The position numbers were made by a program, and so were the translations under genes. Under the pieces are notes generated by a model, which was not told the origin of the DNA, made no database searches, and worked only from the letters and a program-made list of their open reading frames with translations. A DNA stretch of 63,969 nt, the filler included, from Ionaspis alba (Eukaryota): assembly GCA_964255285.1 (NCBI GenBank). It is 3 parts of 3 records of this genome, joined end to end, with 100 filler letters (N's around TTAATTAATTAA, not from the genome) between each part and the next. Parts side by side here need not be neighbours in the genome. Positions count along the whole stretch, not along the records: positions 43,022 to 63,969 come from CAXUUL010000234.1; 2 more parts are not named here. One strand, 5' to 3'. Below, in pieces: positions 46,648 through 57,630 of the stretch (position 1 is its first letter; every line of letters starts with the position of its first letter).

Positions 46648-48114
46648 ATGGAGGCCGTCTCGCCTGGTACACTCGACAATTCTTGCTTTGAGGAGTTCAT
46701 TGCTAATTTGCGGCTAGATGGGGTTGCCATGAAGGGCTTGTTTCGTCGATGTGTTCAATGTCCTAACACCACGCCAGCGTGTCCGACCAATTGTGGAGCC
46801 GACGAGTCATGCTCCTTTCAGATCGCTACTTGCGAGAAGTGTGCCTCCACCTCGTGCGTGAAGAACGCCGCCGTCAACGCATCACCACCTCCTCAGTCCA
46901 ATACTGGCTCCGCTGCCGGACCCATCGCTGGAGGTGTTGTGGGAGGGATCGTCGTTATCGCCGTTGTTACATACCTGGTTTGGAGATTCTGCATCCGAAA
47001 ACGAAGGCAAGAGTTTGATGAAAATGAATGGCACGATGATGCCATGACCAACGAGAAAGGAATGGACCAATTTTCATTGCAAAGAGACGCGAGAGCTTCT
47101 ACACATACGGTTGGCTCCATAGCGTCGACGGTATTGACACGGGCCTCGAACATCATCCAGATCGCATATATTCCCGGTGTCACGAATAGGTCGATAGAGT
47201 CCTCGCCTGAGCTTATCCCACCTGTACCACCGATCCCGGCTGCCTCCTCCCATGGCTCAACTACATCTTCACCTCACATGCCTGGCCATGATCAACACTT
47301 CTTCATGCCTAGCGATCTCCGCGGCTCGACATATTCTGACTACACAGATCGATCGAGCATGGCACGGAGCAGTGTTGCAACAACCATGTATCGAAACAAT
47401 GCAATTGTCAACCCCATTCCCGCTCAATCCGCCATGCGTGGGAAGGCCAATACCGTCAGCGTCAAGTCCAAACAAGGAAGCCCTACCGATATGTCCAGAT
47501 CGTCGACACCACCCATGCCAGAATTGGCGCATCCTGGAAAAGCCACCTTTGCATTAAACACCAAAAGCTCTATCATTGGCCGAGTGGGAACACCGAAAAC
47601 AGTCACCGTGACAAGGAATGCTTCTAACGCTCATCCGCCGCAACATACCTATAAGCTTACGGGTGAAGAACGATCCGAGGCTCCCAAGATCAAGGCTCCA
47701 GAGCGACAGATAGCGAATGCCAGCCCTCAATATAGTAACGACTCGTCGACTTTCGAGGATGCATCTAGCGACGAGGAAGCGGATTCGAGTGCGCATGCTA
47801 AGCGAAGTCTAATAGGAGGCAATCGCAAGTCCGACGCCACAACGGTCATCAACGACGATAGTCCTATTTCACCCACCGAAGACCAACCGTTTCAACCGTC
47901 AAGCGTAACAGCTGATGTAAGGAGTGGAGGTCCCAGTTCGTCCAAGTCCGTTGGTGGAAAACACAAGCACAAGAAGTCCTCGAGCTTGAACCAGATCATC
48001 GAGGAAGCAACACGAAAGGCTACTCGTGCACCCAGGCACGGTGGACTGGGTAGCTACGAGAAGAGCAGAGGCGAGGGACCATTTTCGGATGCCAATGCGG
48101 CTGGGACACCATAA
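46648..48114 (+). CDS. OPY2: Opy2-like membrane anchor protein (HOG/filamentation MAPK pathway)
   Basis: Cys-rich CVQCP..CP..C...C..CEKC...C, single TM (IAGGVVGGIVVIAVVTYLVW) and conserved ASNIIQIAYIPGV. Confidence 0.88.
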   Translation: MEAVSPGTLDNSCFEEFIANLRLDGVAMKGLFRRCVQCPNTTPACPTNCGADESCSFQIATCEKCASTSCVKNAAVNASPPPQSNTGSAAGPIAGGVVGGIVVIAVVTYLVWRFCIRKRRQEFDENEWHDDAMTNEKGMDQFSLQRDARASTHTVGSIASTVLTRASNIIQIAYIPGVTNRSIESSPELIPPVPPIPAASSHGSTTSSPHMPGHDQHFFMPSDLRGSTYSDYTDRSSMARSSVATTMYRNNAIVNPIPAQSAMRGKANTVSVKSKQGSPTDMSRSSTPPMPELAHPGKATFALNTKSSIIGRVGTPKTVTVTRNASNAHPPQHTYKLTGEERSEAPKIKAPERQIANASPQYSNDSSTFEDASSDEEADSSAHAKRSLIGGNRKSDATTVINDDSPISPTEDQPFQPSSVTADVRSGGPSSSKSVGGKHKHKKSSSLNQIIEEATRKATRAPRHGGLGSYEKSRGEGPFSDANAAGTP

Positions 48115-48714
48115 TCGCTAGCGGACAGATATCTAATGAATCATATGGGTTGGGAAATTCATGGGAACTATCGAGGATTTATGATTTGGCGTATGTAGAA
48201 AATGGGACGGTCTTGGGTAGGCAGGCTGGGGGTCCTGGTGGTTTTCGACGTCCTTTGTCGTTCCAATATTTACTTTCTAGCTTGGCCAAGTGCTGGCCTG
48301 TTCGATTTATCCTTCTTATGGCTGTTGTGCCATGATATCTTTCTTGCCTTGTTCTTTTTCTGTCTTAGCCAGATATGGGTTAGATTAAGGAAGCAAGCCA
48401 TTTCTGAAGCCTGGAACCGGATTCGCAATGTGTAACTTGAAGCTCGCATCTTGATATACAGGGGCGAGAAAAGCTGCGAGACGAAGCCTCGCGCCGTTGA
48501 TGATCTTCGCTATGTGTAACATTTATTCCTGCCCGCATCAACCTCAATGCCCCGCGTGCTACTGCCCCTCTACTACTGTAGCCTCACCAAAACTTTGCGT
48601 CACGAGTCAGCACCACTGTTCAAGTTGAGGCAGCAGCAGTCTTCAATTTCCAAATTTAATCACCGTTCACCCTTCCTTACGAGCTCAAGACGTAGTCTTG
48701 CATCCATAGCCACC

Positions 48715-50367
48715 ATGGCTCCACAACTCGACAGCTACTTCAAACAGTACGGCTACTATCCCATACATCGAAAGCTCTCCCACCTGACATGATTCCAGAG
48801 TCGACACCCTATCAGAATCTTTCATCGAGCGTAACTCTTCCCTGGTCATTGAACCCAAATCAGCCCTAATTGACAAATATCGACAGGCCTCCGCAAAGCA
48901 GTCGCCATCCCTTCCGTCTCAGCAGACGATGACCACCGCCCCGATGTCGTCAAAGTACAACCGCCCTCCCGCTCGCTCCCCTCCACAACACAGCTAAATG
49001 CTCTACCTACAGATGTCCGAATTTCTCGTCTCGGAGCTCACCTCCCTCGGCGCAACCGTACACTCCCGACCACTCGGTCTCCAGCCAGGAAAAGCGCACC
49101 TCGAGCTCCCACCCGTCATAATAGCTCGCTACGGCTCCTCGCCCTCCAAACGCACGATCCTCGTCTACGGCCATTACGACGTGCAACCTGCGCTCAAGGA
49201 CGACGGCTGGGCTACAGACCCCTTTACACTCTCCATCGACGATAAGGGCCGTATGTATGGTCGTGGGAGCACGGACGATAAGGGACCTGTATTGGGATGG
49301 TTGAATGCGATACAAGCTCATCAGGCGGCGGGCGTGGAGTTTCCGGTGAACTTGCTGATGTGCTTTGAGGGGATGGAGGAGTACGGGAGTGAAGGGTTGG
49401 ATGAATTCATCGAGAAAGAGGCGAAGAAGGGTGGATTCTTCGAAAGCGCGGATGCGGTTTGCATATCGGATAATTACTGGCTGGGAACCGAGAAGCCATG
49501 TCTTACTTATGGACTCAGAGGGTGTAACTACTACAGTGTCGAGATCAAAGGTCCGGGCCAGGACTTGCATTCGGGTGTCTTTGGCGGGACGGCGCAGGAA
49601 CCGATGACGGATCTCGTGAGGGTGCTTGCAGCGCTGGTGGATACCGATGGGAAGATCATGATACCTGGGATCAAAGAGATGGTGGCGCCTGTGACGGATG
49701 AGGAAAAAGCACTGTATGGCGATATCAGCTATACGATGGACAACCTGCACGAGTCATTAGGTTCTAAGACGACAATTTTCGAGGACAAGGAGAACACCCT
49801 GATGGCGCGGTGGCGGTATCCGTCGCTGAGTGTACACGGTGTCGAAGGCGCGTTCTCAGCGTTAGGTGCCAAGACGGTGATTCCCGCGAAGGTGATTGGC
49901 AAGTTTAGTATTCGCACGGTGCCGGATATGGAGATTGAGAAGGTCAACGAGACGGTGTTCAAGTATGTCAAGGATGTGTTTGCCAAGTTGGGAAGTAAGA
50001 ATACGTTGGATGTCAGCTGCCAGCATGCGGGCAAGTGGTGGGTGGCGAGTCCCAAGCATTGGAATTTTAGTGCTGCGGCCAAGGCAGCGGAAAGGGTGTT
50101 CGGCATGAAGCCGGATTTGACCAGAGAGGGTGGGAGGTAAGGCTCTTAATTGTACATGCTATATGACTTGAAGATGCTGATAGTGAAATCTCCAGTATCC
50201 CAGTGACCATCACCTTTGAGCAAGCGACAGGCAAGAACGTTCTACTTCTACCAATGGGTAGTTCGACTGATGCCGCCCATTCAATCAATGAGAAACTTGA
50301 TAGGAGGAATTATATCGAGGGGACGAAGTTGCTTGGTGCGTACCTACATTATGTGGCGGAGGAATAG
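48715..50367 (+). CDS. DUG1: Cys-Gly metallodipeptidase (M20 family), multi-exon
   Basis: [11 protein letters not shown] start; [45 protein letters not shown]. An in-frame upstream ATG lies at 48547. Confidence 0.95.
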
Positions 50368-50560
50368 AAAGGCATTACAAGATCCGGCTATCCTACCGGA
50401 GAATGTCTACAATATGGATGAGACGGGTGTTATGTCGAGCATGCTAGGCTGTGTCAATATTCTTATAGGCAAGGACGACATGCGAAACTATAGAGGTGAG
50501 CGTGTCAAGCGAACTACGGTGACTGCAATTGAGCGTATCAGTGCAGATGGTAGGTACCTT
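50368..50560 (+). mobile_element. Fragment of a pogo/Fot1-type (Tc1-mariner superfamily) DDE transposase
   Basis: LQDPAILPENVYNMDETGVM..GKDDMRNYRG.RVKRTTVTAIERISADGRYL contains the YNMDETG first-Asp motif of Fot1/pogo transposases. No TIRs seen. Confidence 0.85.
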
Positions 50561-51163
50561 AGCTCAGGGGTAGTGGGCGTTATGATCGCCGGATCAAGTT
50601 CTCCTGATTCAGGGATTATCGTGAGCGAAAATTCGCCGTTGCATCTTTTAGTTATTTATTATTACTACTATTCATTATTGGATTTCTACTGCTCAACGAT
50701 ATGACTTCGACGGTGGCAATACGCATGCGCACCATGTAGAGGCATTTCTCAGGATCGGGCGTTTTGATTCTCTCATCCCAACTACTGTCTTGATAGTTTA
50801 TGTTTTGATTGGAGTGATCAGGATTTGCATTATGTGCGGGCGAGGCGACTAGATGCTCATCTGCCACGCCTTAGGTATCGAAATCTATCTTCTAGACTGC
50901 TCCGGGAGACCTTAATCCAGCTCTTGTGGAGTTATGTCCCGGTTCAACTGACGCAAATTCAGGATTTCCACGGCCAGAATTATGCGGCAATTGAACGATG
51001 ATGACGCCCATAGATGCTTCGTCTTTTGTCATTTTAACACCATGCTCTCGTAGATACCCGTCTGAAGCTTGCCGAAATAGCCATTCCCTCGCCAAAGTAT
51101 GCATCGAGACATGATCCAGAAAGCTGAACCAAGGCGATCAGACCAGCTCCTTCTTCTCTTTAA

Positions 51164-54100
51164 TCATACAGCAACGCGCTTGAACCCTCTGCCTTCCACA
51201 CCCACGTCGCCGGCTCCAGTTGCAGGGTTTTCTTCTTCTTCTTCTTCCTCCTCCTCCAATGGCCGCTTAGATCCCGCAAGCCCCTTCGTCACATCACTCA
51301 AAACGCCCTCCTCAGGTTTGACACTCGGTGCAGACTCCGTCTTCACTGCTGGATCGGACCCCATTGCGCTAGACGCAACAGCTTCGGTACTAGGTGGAAG
51401 AGCCCCATTTGTTTGTGGTGGCGGAGCTGGACTTGAGCTCTGCTGTAGATTTTGAGACGGAGATCGAGCAGGAGCTGGAGAGGGAGTGGTGTTGCGCCGC
51501 CCGATATGCTGAAGTAGCTGGAGTAGTTGAGCCTGAGCCTGCGTGTTTTGCGGTGGAGGCATTGGCGCTTGCTGGCCTTGCGCTTGACCTTGAATCGACG
51601 GTTGCGACAACGATGGCGGTATTGACACTTGCCGGCTTGCTTTCTCCTTCTCCTTTTCCTTTTCCTTCTTTGATATCGCGCTAAGCATGTTTGTCAGGGC
51701 TTGCATAATGGCTTTCTCTTCGGGGTACTCTTTCGGCGGAGAGGCATTGGAAGAAGACGGAGTGATGCCGAGGGTGCGATTGATGGCTTGGGTGACTATC
51801 TCCTCCGCGTTGGGTTTGTCAGGCATGGACGCTATGAGGGCTGTCTTGAACTTGGCGACTGCGTCCAGAAGGGAGGATGCCATGGATGTTTGAGCGGACG
51901 GAGGGGCATGAGCATGGGGTGAGGATGGAGGGTGAAGCTGTGGTGTTTGGTAGTAGGGAGGCGGAGGCGGAGGAGCAGGGACTTGTTGCTGCTGTTTGGT
52001 GTCATGAGCCCTTGGGGGTTGAGTTGATGCATGAGAAGGGTGAGGCTCTTGTGGCGGTTGGGTCTGTGATATGTGTTGCGGTTGAGTGGACGGCTGAGAG
52101 TGTGAAGACTCTTGAGGCTGTTGTGGCTGCGGGGATTGTTGATTTTGGAGAGTCTGCTGCGTCGGGGTCGGAGGCTGAGTTTGTGGCGGCGGCGGCTGCT
52201 TTGTTTGTGGAGCAGGTGTATATGGAGACTGATAAGTCGATGCTTGATCATTTTGAGGTGGCGCTAGAGGTAACGGTATACCATTCGGACCTCGTGGCAA
52301 TCCAACGTTGGGAGGATAGCCGTGTCCTGGTGGAGGAGGTGGCATGCCAGGATGCATACCATACGCAGGATGACCAGGGGGCGGTGGAGGGATATGACCG
52401 TTGGGAGGTGGAGGCATACCTGGATAAGGATACGGATGTCGATACATATGAGGAGGACCTGGTGGATAATATCCTTGCGGGGGCATCAGAGGCGGAGTTG
52501 GTCTCCTCTTCTTCTCCTTTTCAATAGATATCTCCGGCACTAATCCCCACATCCATCCTTTACCGTCTCGTTCGATCTTACGAAAAGCGGGGTGCTGTGA
52601 TAGGTTATGCCGCACACTGCTTTGCCATCCCGTCGTCGTCACTCGAAGCTTGTAGAACGGATATCTCCTCTCGATCGCTCGATATATCTGCGGGAGTGAC
52701 ATTGCGCCGGTCTTTGAGTTGGTCAAAGCCTCATGTATAAGGACGACGTATGACTGGGAGGGTTTCGCAAGTTGTTCTGCTGTAAGAGTCGACTCATCCC
52801 AGACTGGAGATGGAGATCGAGGTGGCTTCGGTGGTCTTTTCTCCTTGACGGGTTTTGGTGGCTGTGCTGGCAGATTTTGTTCGGGGGGCATAGACTCGGT
52901 CTTCTCTGTGGTTTCCCTAACACCATTGCTGTCCTCTGTCCGATCCTCCGGTTTCTTTCGTTTTGTGTATTTCCTCTTCTCAACTTTGCCGTCCAACCCG
53001 AGACTAGGAGCATTAGGATCGTTGTGGGCATTGCCAGCCTTCCCTTTCCCTGGTTTGATCAGCCCGTTCTTGATAGCTTCAGCCTTCGCTGCTTCTCTGG
53101 CTGCCCTTGCGATCAAAGCTTGCTCCCGCTTGGATATGATACCGTTCTTCGGAGGTCTACCTGGGCCCTTTCGTTTGGGTGGTACTACAAGAGGATCAAT
53201 ATTTGGTACTGGTTCTGATTCAGGCTTCGGTTTTGGCTTTGCACTCAGCTTCAGCTTGATCTTCGGCCTTGATGATTTGTGCGGTTTCTTTGGTCTCCTC
53301 GCAGGTCTCCTCGGCGCGGTTTCGACCTCTTCGATCTCTTCGTCCTCGTCTTCTTCTCCATTTCCCTCGTCTTCCTCCTCGTCCTCCAGCTCGTCTTCGT
53401 TCTCATTCATTTCGATTGAGACTTTTTGGTCGTCATTAGTATTACCAATCTCCAGTTCATCCTCATCCTGGCTTGATCTGTCATCCTCGCCGGTAGTGTC
53501 TTCGCTGCTATCAGCCATTGTGATACTTTCACCACGGCCATCCTCAAAATCAAAGCTCATTGCTCCACCAGAAACTGGATCAGATCCAAAATGGCTTTCC
53601 GCCCCAGTCTCACCAATTGCGACGTCTGGAAGCACAAACTTCACACCGACACCACCGATCTGAATGTAGCTCCCACTTTTGAGTTCCTGCACCTCGCCTT
53701 CGCCATAGAACTGTTCATCCACGAATGCGCCGTTCTTACCCATCACCTCGACCTCGAAGAGCCGTTTCTCAAAGTTATAGGCGATCTTGACATGTCTTCG
53801 AGAAATTCCTCGATGCCCCGAACCTTCCGCTACAGTAGGCGGATGAATGGGAATAAGTGGGCATTCGTCTGGTGAAGGTAATAGAGCAAGGGTATCAACA
53901 GGTTGTGCACTATAGGCGCCGTGCGATAGTGATGCCATGGCCAAAGATTGGTAGTCAGTCTGAGGAGCAGATACTAGCATTGAACTCTTTCGCGATAGAT
54001 TGTAGGACGAGGAGCTCGTAGATTTTGATTTCCTGTTTTTGGACCTCCTTTTATGCTCAGTGCTGGGCACATCAACACCCATGATACCTCCGCTCTCGCT

Positions 54101-54859
54101 GACCACGCTACCTGCCATATTGCGACTCTCCTCATGTTTAAGCCGACGTGGAGTTTGAGATGCGTCGGCACTGCTGTTGCTCCGTTTGTGACCTTGGCCG
54201 TCTCGGCCATGATGGGTCTCGAGGTTGTGGTGGATCACGGCTCGAGCAGCGCGTATGTCTCTTCCAAGCTCAACCGAATATGTGTTCATGTAGAATTGTC
54301 CATCATCGAATTCTAGTTTCGCAAATGCTTGAATACGAGGTCCTTCCGATTCGACCACTGAAGCAGCAGAGTCCAAAAAGGCTATGTCCGCTATCGACGA
54401 GTCATTGGGAGGTAGTGGTACTGATGCTGAGTCGTCATTAATAGAGTCAACCTCTTGAGTGCTTTGTGGCACCGGTTCTCCGACCCAGGTGGGTTGTCCT
54501 TCCGTGGTGAGAGCTTGCCCGGAAACTCGAGCATGGTGTTGGGCATCTTGGCTGGAAACATCTGCACCCCCACCCTGAGGGAGGAGGTGATTGTAAAGTG
54601 CGTCTGCTCTAGCAGCAGGCGGTGACAGCGCTTCTTGCTCAGGTGCAGCAGGCTCAAGCTCCGGATAGCTCGTTTCTTCAAGGATATGAACTTGGACTGT
54701 CGAAGCAGGATGCGCTGAGTCTTGCGCCTTCTGCGCAGGGACAACAACATCGTCAGATGTAGTACCAGTTAGCGGTGCCACTGCACTTGTCTCTCGCCTT
54801 GCTTGATTGCTTGTGTCGGTTGCGCGCGGCGCGCTGGCGCTTTGATCGTCGTCCGCCAT
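51164..54859 (-). CDS. FHL1: Forkhead transcription factor with FHA domain (Fhl1-like)
   Basis: Split FHA (IQAFAKLEFDDGQFY..LGR / ISRRH..GKNGAFVD), AT-hook KGPGRPPK and forkhead domain (KPSQSYVVLIHEAL..GWQSSVRHNLS). Confidence 0.9.
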   Translation of the reverse strand: MADDDQSASAPRATDTSNQARRETSAVAPLTGTTSDDVVVPAQKAQDSAHPASTVQVHILEETSYPELEPAAPEQEALSPPAARADALYNHLLPQGGGADVSSQDAQHHARVSGQALTTEGQPTWVGEPVPQSTQEVDSINDDSASVPLPPNDSSIADIAFLDSAASVVESEGPRIQAFAKLEFDDGQFYMNTYSVELGRDIRAARAVIHHNLETHHGRDGQGHKRSNSSADASQTPRRLKHEESRNMAGSVVSESGGIMGVDVPSTEHKRRSKNRKSKSTSSSSYNLSRKSSMLVSAPQTDYQSLAMASLSHGAYSAQPVDTLALLPSPDECPLIPIHPPTVAEGSGHRGISRRHVKIAYNFEKRLFEVEVMGKNGAFVDEQFYGEGEVQELKSGSYIQIGGVGVKFVLPDVAIGETGAESHFGSDPVSGGAMSFDFEDGRGESITMADSSEDTTGEDDRSSQDEDELEIGNTNDDQKVSIEMNENEDELEDEEEDEGNGEEDEDEEIEEVETAPRRPARRPKKPHKSSRPKIKLKLSAKPKPKPESEPVPNIDPLVVPPKRKGPGRPPKNGIISKREQALIARAAREAAKAEAIKNGLIKPGKGKAGNAHNDPNAPSLGLDGKVEKRKYTKRKKPEDRTEDSNGVRETTEKTESMPPEQNLPAQPPKPVKEKRPPKPPRSPSPVWDESTLTAEQLAKPSQSYVVLIHEALTNSKTGAMSLPQIYRAIERRYPFYKLRVTTTGWQSSVRHNLSQHPAFRKIERDGKGWMWGLVPEISIEKEKKRRPTPPLMPPQGYYPPGPPHMYRHPYPYPGMPPPPNGHIPPPPPGHPAYGMHPGMPPPPPGHGYPPNVGLPRGPNGIPLPLAPPQNDQASTYQSPYTPAPQTKQPPPPQTQPPTPTQQTLQNQQSPQPQQPQESSHSQPSTQPQHISQTQPPQEPHPSHASTQPPRAHDTKQQQQVPAPPPPPPYYQTPQLHPPSSPHAHAPPSAQTSMASSLLDAVAKFKTALIASMPDKPNAEEIVTQAINRTLGITPSSSNASPPKEYPEEKAIMQALTNMLSAISKKEKEKEKEKASRQVSIPPSLSQPSIQGQAQGQQAPMPPPQNTQAQAQLLQLLQHIGRRNTTPSPAPARSPSQNLQQSSSPAPPPQTNGALPPSTEAVASSAMGSDPAVKTESAPSVKPEEGVLSDVTKGLAGSKRPLEEEEEEEEENPATGAGDVGVEGRGFKRVAV

Positions 54860-55202
54860 GGTTATTTCCTCCGCCCGCGCAATGCCATGTGACAGAAGAT
54901 TCTATGCGGAAGGCCAGCTTGTGGATGTATGTCAGGCAATAATTACTGAGCTTCAGCGTCGTGCGCCGGTCACTGTCGAGGACCCGCAAGTCCTGTACTT
55001 GTATGCATTTGTCTCATGAAGCATCTGGGAGGAGTCAGGAAGCATGCATCGCAGAGTACACAAAACGAAATCTTGGCGTCAATGTGGTCTGTGCACCTGG
55101 GCGTTCACGTCCACCAATTTCCTGGCTAATACGTTCACCTATATGCAATCGCCCGGCAAAGGGTGTGTCAAACACATCTATCCGTTTCTTTCGCGAAGAG
55201 AA

Positions 55203-56246
55203 ATGCCACCAAAATTCTCAAGCAAGACAAAAGCCAAAGCACCTCAACACCGGAGTCCAGCCGCTGACTTGCCGCAATGGCCAGCTCTTCGTCCATTGGT
55301 GCCAACATCTGACTTGTTCCTAGATACTGTACTAGATGACCAAATCATTCTGATCCGCAATCTCTTCACGAGCTCTCTTTGCCGCCAATATGTGTCATTT
55401 CTCTCTTCACTTCCTCTCATTACCACGCCTGATCAACCCAAGAAAGGCGATGCTTTGAGAGTCAATGATCGCTTCCAGGTTGAAGATGCTACGTTTGCAA
55501 AACAGCTATGGACTGTTACTGGACTCAAAGACCTGGTCGAAACCGGGAATGGTTGGGGAGGAGAGGTCTGTGGCTTGAATCCACGTATCAGAATATATCG
55601 ATACAGGAAGAATCAATTCTTCGATCAGCACTGTAAGTGGTGTCCTAGGCCACCATCTCAATGCACGTGAACGACTGTACTCTTTGTATATTCGTTCGAC
55701 AAGTCATTTGGTCGACGATCAGATGGTCGTTATTCACGCTGCATCTCTACACATTGAAGCGTACGGCCTGTCTCTTCACCTTTCTGTCATCTCGTTTCTC
55801 GAATCGCAGAAAACTTGTGTATAAAGAGCCGTCGAGGGCTACGTATTGATTCGGGTTCTCCTATGTAGCCAGATCAACAACAACGTTCGCTTATTGCCGT
55901 TAGATCATCTGCTGCTTACTCATGGTATCCAGATGATGAGTCCAACACAATTGTCCTACCGAATGATCCTCCTATTCTGGCCAAGACAACTTGGACTCTA
56001 TTAATATATCTTACTGCCCCTGCAACCGGCTGTGTCGGAGGGGAAACTGTCTTTTATCCCGAACTTGGGACGGCAAAGCAGTTCTCAGACAGATCGAGCG
56101 AGGGCACCGAACCTATTGTGGTGGATCTAGAGGTAGGCATGGCACTACTACATAGACACGGAAATGACTGCCTTCTCCATGAGGGCCGGAAAGTCATAGA
56201 TGGCGAAAAATGGGTTATAAGGAGCGATTTATGCGTCAAAAGATAA
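55203..56246 (+). CDS. 2OG-Fe(II) oxygenase (prolyl-4-hydroxylase-like), 2 exons
   Basis: LNPRIRIYRY..FFDQH/YDES (HxD formed across intron 55633-55932), WTLLIYL, GGETVFY, LLHEG and KWVIRSD. Confidence 0.88.
55661..55882 (+). ncRNA. Candidate intronic structured RNA (H/ACA snoRNA-like)
   Basis: Three consecutive hairpins were paired by eye (55661-55744, 55763-55832, 55837-55870), followed by AGATCA (ANANNA) and ACA. The strand is assumed from the host gene. Confidence 0.4.
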
Positions 56247-56317
56247 TTGCAGCTCTCATAGTTCGGACCTTGACGGTGAAATGGCTTGAGACTCTAGCTG
56301 AAATAACTCTTATATAC

Positions 56318-57025
56318 CTAAGATCCTTCAATCTCCTTGATCTTCTCAAAGATCTTCACAAAAGCTTCCGGATCTTGAGCTCCACCAATCTCGTACATTC
56401 CCTGCAAGGTGAAGTTTGGAACGCCGCTGATATCCTTCATCTGCGCTTCCCGCACTTCTTTATCCACTTGACTCCCGCCCTTGTCGCTGCCCAACCATGC
56501 CTTGACTTCTTCTTTCTCAAGTCCGGCCTTTACGCCAGCAGCCTCGAGAAACTCATGGCTGGTAATGTCTTGTTCATGCTCGAAAAAGCCCTCGAACAAT
56601 TCTTCCACTACTCTCGTCTGCATTTCCAGTCCTTTTGTCTTACCCAACTGAATCAAGCGGTGCGAATCTCGTGTCCTGCCGATCTTGCCATCATTATTAA
56701 AGTCGATACCATATTCTTTCCCAGCGGCTGCCAATCGCTCGAAGATCATGGCTGCTCTTGCTTCCCCGAACTTGGTCTTGTAGTGCTCGCGCTTGTCGAC
56801 GCCTTTAGTTGGCGCCTGAGGATTGAGGTAGAACGGTAGCCACGTAGTGGAGAAGGTATCCGTGGTGTCAGGATGAGCGGCTTTGTAGGCCGCTATGCCC
56901 TTTTCCAATTTCTTCTTGCCCACATAGCACTGGTATAATTAGCAGAAAAAGGGCAGGGAGTTCGAATTGGAACGTACCCATGGGCAGATAGTATCAGAAA
57001 CAATGGAGATGTTGAAATTGGTCAT
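56318..57025 (-). CDS. DsbA/FrnE-like thioredoxin-fold oxidoreductase, 2 exons
   Basis: MTNFNISIVSDTICPW/CYVGK (CPWC across the intron), PFYLNP, ISGVPNF and GGAQDPE. Confidence 0.9.
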
Positions 57026-57630
57026 TCTGCGCAAGGATGCCAGAGTTATAGCTGGGTGTGATAGAAGTATTGTGGTGAAAGAAGAATTGTCTGGAGAATT
57101 GGCGACGAGCTAGGAGACATATATGTTGGACTTTGCGGCAAAGAACCGCGAAGTGGTTAATAGAACATCTGATGGCTAAGTAATAGACTGTAGTTTCTGC
57201 CACCGCCCTTCCCTCGGCTTCCACGGCGGAGCGTTTGTGGGAATCTCACTGCCACTCAGTAGTATCAGGTTCACACGGGTCTTGGATCGACGTCGACCGG
57301 CTCGAAGTTCGGGCGCGCATCGACCCGATTCGAGGACCTGCGTGATCCGAGCACCCGGGAAATAGGTAGATGGCCGTAGGGACATGTCCCGCTAACTCCT
57401 CTAGCCTGAGCCACCTATCATATAATTAGCTGGAAAGCTTTCGGTGGCTTTAAAGCGGATTCTCCGCGCATGGAGGCATGTGCGAGTACTACGCACGCAA
57501 GTCGAATTTTTGTAGTGTTTGCATCAATCATCGGTCGAATGCCCACTCAACGCGGTCGTGTTTACTAAGGAGCGAGCCTCGTCTGCCATGCTCTAGCCAT
57601 TCAGAATGAATTCGCTGGGTGGTGTCCAAA

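Noticed and set aside
52719..53663. 314-aa plus-strand ORF antisense to FHL1
   Set aside because: Low-complexity mirror of the Lys/Glu-rich FHL1 region.
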